A stretch of DNA of 63,326 bases, filler included, from Olpidium bornovanus S191 (taxonomy: Eukaryota > Fungi > Olpidiomycota), in assembly GCA_017911155.1 (NCBI GenBank). It is 27 parts of 27 records of this genome, joined end to end, with 100 filler letters (N's around TTAATTAATTAA, not from the genome) between each part and the next. Parts side by side here need not be neighbours in the genome. Positions count along the whole stretch, not along the records: positions 57,894 to 60,441 come from JAEFCI010007504.1; positions 60,542 to 61,934 come from JAEFCI010004662.1; positions 62,035 to 63,326 come from JAEFCI010006966.1; 24 more parts are not named here. One strand, written 5' to 3'. The notes beneath the pieces are model-generated. The model was not told where the DNA came from. It saw only the letters and a list, made by a program, of their open reading frames with translations, and searched no databases. Shown piece by piece: positions 59,603-63,326 of the stretch (position 1 is the stretch's first letter; each line of letters opens with the position of its first letter). The position numbers were made by a program, and so were the translations under genes.

Positions 59603-61272
59603 CAGACTTTTTATTAAACGTTTCTTTTTTTTCTTCTTTTCTTTTTGTTGTTTGTTGTTCATCTCGCTTGGTTTCTTTTTCAGTTCCTGGGGCGGCCGTT
59701 CGGGAGGAATTCCGGGCGTTGCGCGCGACACCGGGGGGATTTCCTTCCTGCTGGTTGAAGAAAAAGGAGTGGGCAAGGAGCCTGCCCTCTTATTATATTT
59801 TTTTTTCGCATTCGAACGAGCGCGTGGTTTGCCGGCCGCGCTCGGTGCGGCTCGGCGGCCGGAGTGTTTCGCACGCACAAGGCCGGAGTTGGCGTTTTAA
59901 GATGCTGGAAGTTTTGGCGTTCCGTCGCAGCCGGGCCCCGCGCGTCACCGTGCAGGAAAAAAAACCGCCGCGTCTCCCAGCGAAGGTTCCCCCCCTCCTC
60001 CCCCCCTCCCCTCAGCCCCTTCACACACAAACACGCTCACGCACACGCGCGCAGCGGCTCCCGGAGCGCGCGCGCTTGGCTGAACGCCGCGGCGCCTCGG
60101 ACATCCTCCCCGGCGCGGGGTGTCTGCATGCCGCGGTCGTTCCAAACCTCCTTGGCGGGCCCCGGGGGAAGCGCCGGGGGGGCGCGCTGTGGAGGACGGA
60201 ACTCGCGGGGTGCTGGCGAGCCGCCACAGGAAGGCCGGGAAGCGTTAAGTGGCAGGAGAGATTTGCCAGGAGAAGGGAGGCGTTTGCCAAGATGGGAGGG
60301 CGAATGCAACGAAAGGGGTGACATGAAGGCAGGGATTGGGCCTGCCCGACCAATACGAAAGACCGATTTCGCATAAATGAGCGGGGCCCACGGGAAAAGA
60401 CCGACCTGCCCTCCCGCCGGGGCAACGACCCACATTCAAAGNNNNNNNNNNNNNNNNNNNNNNNNNNNNNNNNNNNNNNNNNNNNTTAATTAATTAANNN
60501 NNNNNNNNNNNNNNNNNNNNNNNNNNNNNNNNNNNNNNNNNCATGAAAATACACCAATAAAAATGAGAATAAAATGCCGGATGCTCCTTCCTTGTGCGAG
60601 CTTATCCGAAACCCAAAACTCCCTTAAGTTTTGCTTGAGAAGTTCCAGGATGTAAACCACGAAAAATACGAGGGTAGCCCTGGCACTGTGACAGCCGTCC
60701 TTGCCCACCCGCCCTTTGCGTTATCTGAAGATAAACCTCGCTGAGGGCTTCACCCTCCGAGCTAGCCACGTCTCGCAGATTATGGCGCTGCTTGAGCCAA
60801 ATTCCACTCTCTCGTGATGACAAACCAAAGCCCTGTGGTTGGCGTTGCGTTTGGTTTGTGCGGTCGAGGAGGGTCTGTGAGAATTGCGGCGGTGGGATTT
60901 CGTTGGCTCCGTGAACCCGCGTCATAGCCTACGGCAGGTACGAAAGGATATTTTCGAACCCACCACGCGGTCGGGAAAGCAGGTAACGTGCGCCGCAAGA
61001 CGCCTAGCCGACGGAACTCGGGGACCTCATGCCCGGCATGCCTAGCTGCCAGAAAGTCAACGGAAGAAACCCTCCAGTTCTTTCGCCATCACCGATAGTT
61101 CCCTTCCTTAGGCGTCTTCGTTGTCGACGGCAACCAGCACGGAGGGAGCGGAGGCGGCGTTCCCCAATCTGCAAACGCCGGCAAAAGCCGCCTGCCTTTT
61201 TCTGCAGTTGGGAACACCTGAGGTGCACCCTGGGATGGGAGCCGCAGGAATGGAAAAGAAGCGAGTTTTGGC

Positions 61273-61934
61273 ATGAACGAGTCAACGCCGCAGAAGCCGA
61301 CAAAGATGTTGGCCTCGGTCGCATCAGGGGAAAGTGAGGCCCCCGAGGCTCTTTTTCCGGCGGAGCACGCAAATGACGAGAATTATGCGCCAGACACGCT
61401 CAGGAGGAATTTGGCGTACGTGTCCGCCTGTTTCGCTTGCGTCGGATCGGGCACTATCTACGCTTGGTACGCATTAGGTCCCTTTTCCTTCCGTTTTCGG
61501 AGGTCGAATATCCAGTGCGCACTGTTCCTCAGCGCAGGGTCAATATCGTCCGGTTGGTAGGTCAGCGTACTCGACCGCGTTGTCGACGAAAATGCACTAT
61601 GACCAGGTGTGAATCCAAACGCCTCTTTGCTTTATCCTTGTTCGACTGGGTACCCTTCGAACGCGTATACTCCGTTCGCTGCAGCGCGCAAGCTATGTTG
61701 TGGCGAGCTTCGGTGCATACGGACTTTTCCTCTTGGGAATTGTTTTTGGCCCGCTCATAGACGATTCCAGAATCGGACCCCGAAAGTACGTCATCGCACC
61801 GTTTTTGCAGGATAAACAGGCTTCCCGGTACGTTTACGGGCCGCTTACGTGCGCAAACACCGGCATTTGCGTTTGCCTTTCCGCCGCAAACAAGGATGTG
61901 CTTTGCGGGAGGATGTATGCTCGCCACTGGCTAC
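61273..61934 (+). CDS. MFS transporter, Mch1/nodulin-like (5' part)
   Basis: LAYVSACFACVGSGTIYAWYALGP and ASFGAYGLFLLGIVFGPLIDD..GPR, typical of the first transmembrane helices of this family. Confidence 0.65.
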
Positions 61935-62671
61935 NNNNNNNNNNNNNNNNNNNNNNNNNNNNNNNNNNNNNNNNNNNNTTAATTAATTAANNNNNNNNNN
62001 NNNNNNNNNNNNNNNNNNNNNNNNNNNNNNNNNNCATGAGAATCTCGATCAGAGAGCCTAGTAGGAAAGCATTTACCATATAGCATATATAATTATATAG
62101 GTATACACTATTAGTGGTAATTCATTTGTGCCCATACGTATATTCCCCCTTTTTTTTTGCGGCGGGCCGGGATTGTCACGTGACCTGCGCCCGGCGTTGG
62201 ATAAGATTATTGCAAGAAAAGGGAACGCTTTGTCCGCGACTTGCCTGCACGGGGTAGAAGCAGACGCCGCCGGCGCTATGCCCCCGGGCACCGCCGTGGC
62301 CAACCCAACAGTTGTGCCGAACACCGCCGGTTGGCCGGTGTCTCGCGCCGCGTCCGCGTTCGCCGCTCACGATGCCTCCGGGCGTGCTGCGGGCATCCCG
62401 TCCGTAGTTGGTGGGTAGGTTCGGGCGGACGGCGCCGCGGGCCTCTCTGCCTTGTTGGATCGTCGGCACGGCTACGCCTGCGGAGCACACGGTACGGTGT
62501 TTCGGGAGCGAACGATCCTTACCCCTTCCCCGCTCCTTTGTTCCCAGATGCGGCACGGGCGGCGAAAAACCTGCAGGTACCGCCCTCTATTATCACCGGT
62601 CTTGCGTCTAACGTAAGCGCGGTCAACGATCTATACGAGCGGTAAGCGCCGCCGAACAGGATCATATCTTC

Positions 62672-63326
62672 GTTGGCTAGCGGTTTGGCGATGCTAATAT
62701 ACCGGCGGTGGTGTCCAGGGCACAGACGACGTCCAACTTCGCCACTTTCTTGCATGCGCCTCCACGAACAAAGAGTCGCGAAGTTCTTACCGGGGTAGGC
62801 GGAGACGCAAGCTCAGCGAACAAAGGCGGGCAACACGCGTATTCTAATTCGCAGACGCCGGAGCAACTGCACGCGCCAAACGATGCAGCCAAATCGGACG
62901 CTACCTTCTCCGCGTATCCGGCCGCCGGTTTGCCGGCGGACAGCAGGGCCTTATGGGAACAGTCAATTGCAGACTTCAGACAACAGCTTCAGCAGCAGGA
63001 ACCAGTGCGGGCAACGACACGGCATGGACGGAATTGGAGTTCTGATTCTCTAAACTCCGGTCACGGTACCTATTCCTTACGACCCGCGTCGATCAGAGCC
63101 CGTGAGGAACGCACCGCTGCCATGTCCACGACTAGAGCGGGATCTTCCGCTAGGCCTGCGTCGCCCGGCAACACGAACCACGGCACAACACCAAAGGCCT
63201 CCCAGCATTCAACGAAATTGCGAGGCTCCTCGATGGAACACAGCTGGGCGGCGCCGCTGTCATCCCAGCTCCGCAGCGTTTATCGACTTGATGCCGACAT
63301 TCACAGTTTAACACACACCGTGCATG
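62672..63326 (+). CDS. Open frame of unknown function running off the window end
   Basis: About 215 codons without a stop (FGDANIPAVVSRAQ...). No domain recognised. Confidence 0.3.

Larger units (their letters stand above)
2784..62034. other. 26 artificial contig spacers (44 N + TTAATTAATTAA + 44 N); the window is a concatenation of 27 contigs
   Basis: Identical 100-bp spacers start at 2784, 5029, 8088, 11793, 13734, 15372, 16665, 17955, 19390, 23716, 26260, 28268, 29669, 30780, 33405, 36160, 40275, 43174, 45593, 48631, 49905, 51385, 54080, 57794, 60442 and 61935. The 12-mer gives stops in all six frames. Confidence 0.98.

Overview
This window is not one locus. It is 27 short eukaryotic contigs (about 1-4 kb) joined by 26 artificial 100-bp spacers (44 N + TTAATTAATTAA + 44 N), so adjacency across gaps carries no meaning. 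The DNA is GC-rich, intron-rich and full of homopolymers. Chitin synthase, Sec66 and an Rds1-like gene together with the intraflagellar transport gene IFT54 point to a flagellated (zoosporic) fungus; an Olpidium-like or chytrid-like source is my inference. Recognisable genes, mostly partial: IFT54, a 7TM-RGS fusion, a division-1 chitin synthase, a Cue2-like CUE protein, Sec66, NAD kinase (with an 8-nt microexon), eIF2B-delta, Trm5, hexokinase, an Rds1/ferritin-like secreted protein, fimbrin, a Mch1-like MFS transporter, tRNA-Gln(CTG) and elongator tRNA-Met. Several Ty1/copia and Ty3/gypsy remnants are also present. The best candidate for an undescribed system is a tiny non-autonomous copia-type LTR element (TRIM; LTR-PBS-99 bp-PPT-LTR). 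Its 132-bp LTR carries a complete 73-nt tRNA-like cloverleaf followed by a TTTT terminator, a tRNA counterpart of the 5S-carrying Cassandra TRIMs. Three LTR copies occur here on two contigs. Next is an intronless gene with an uncharacterised domain and a C-terminal PIP-box-like motif. Many contigs begin or end exactly at CATG, a library or assembly signature.
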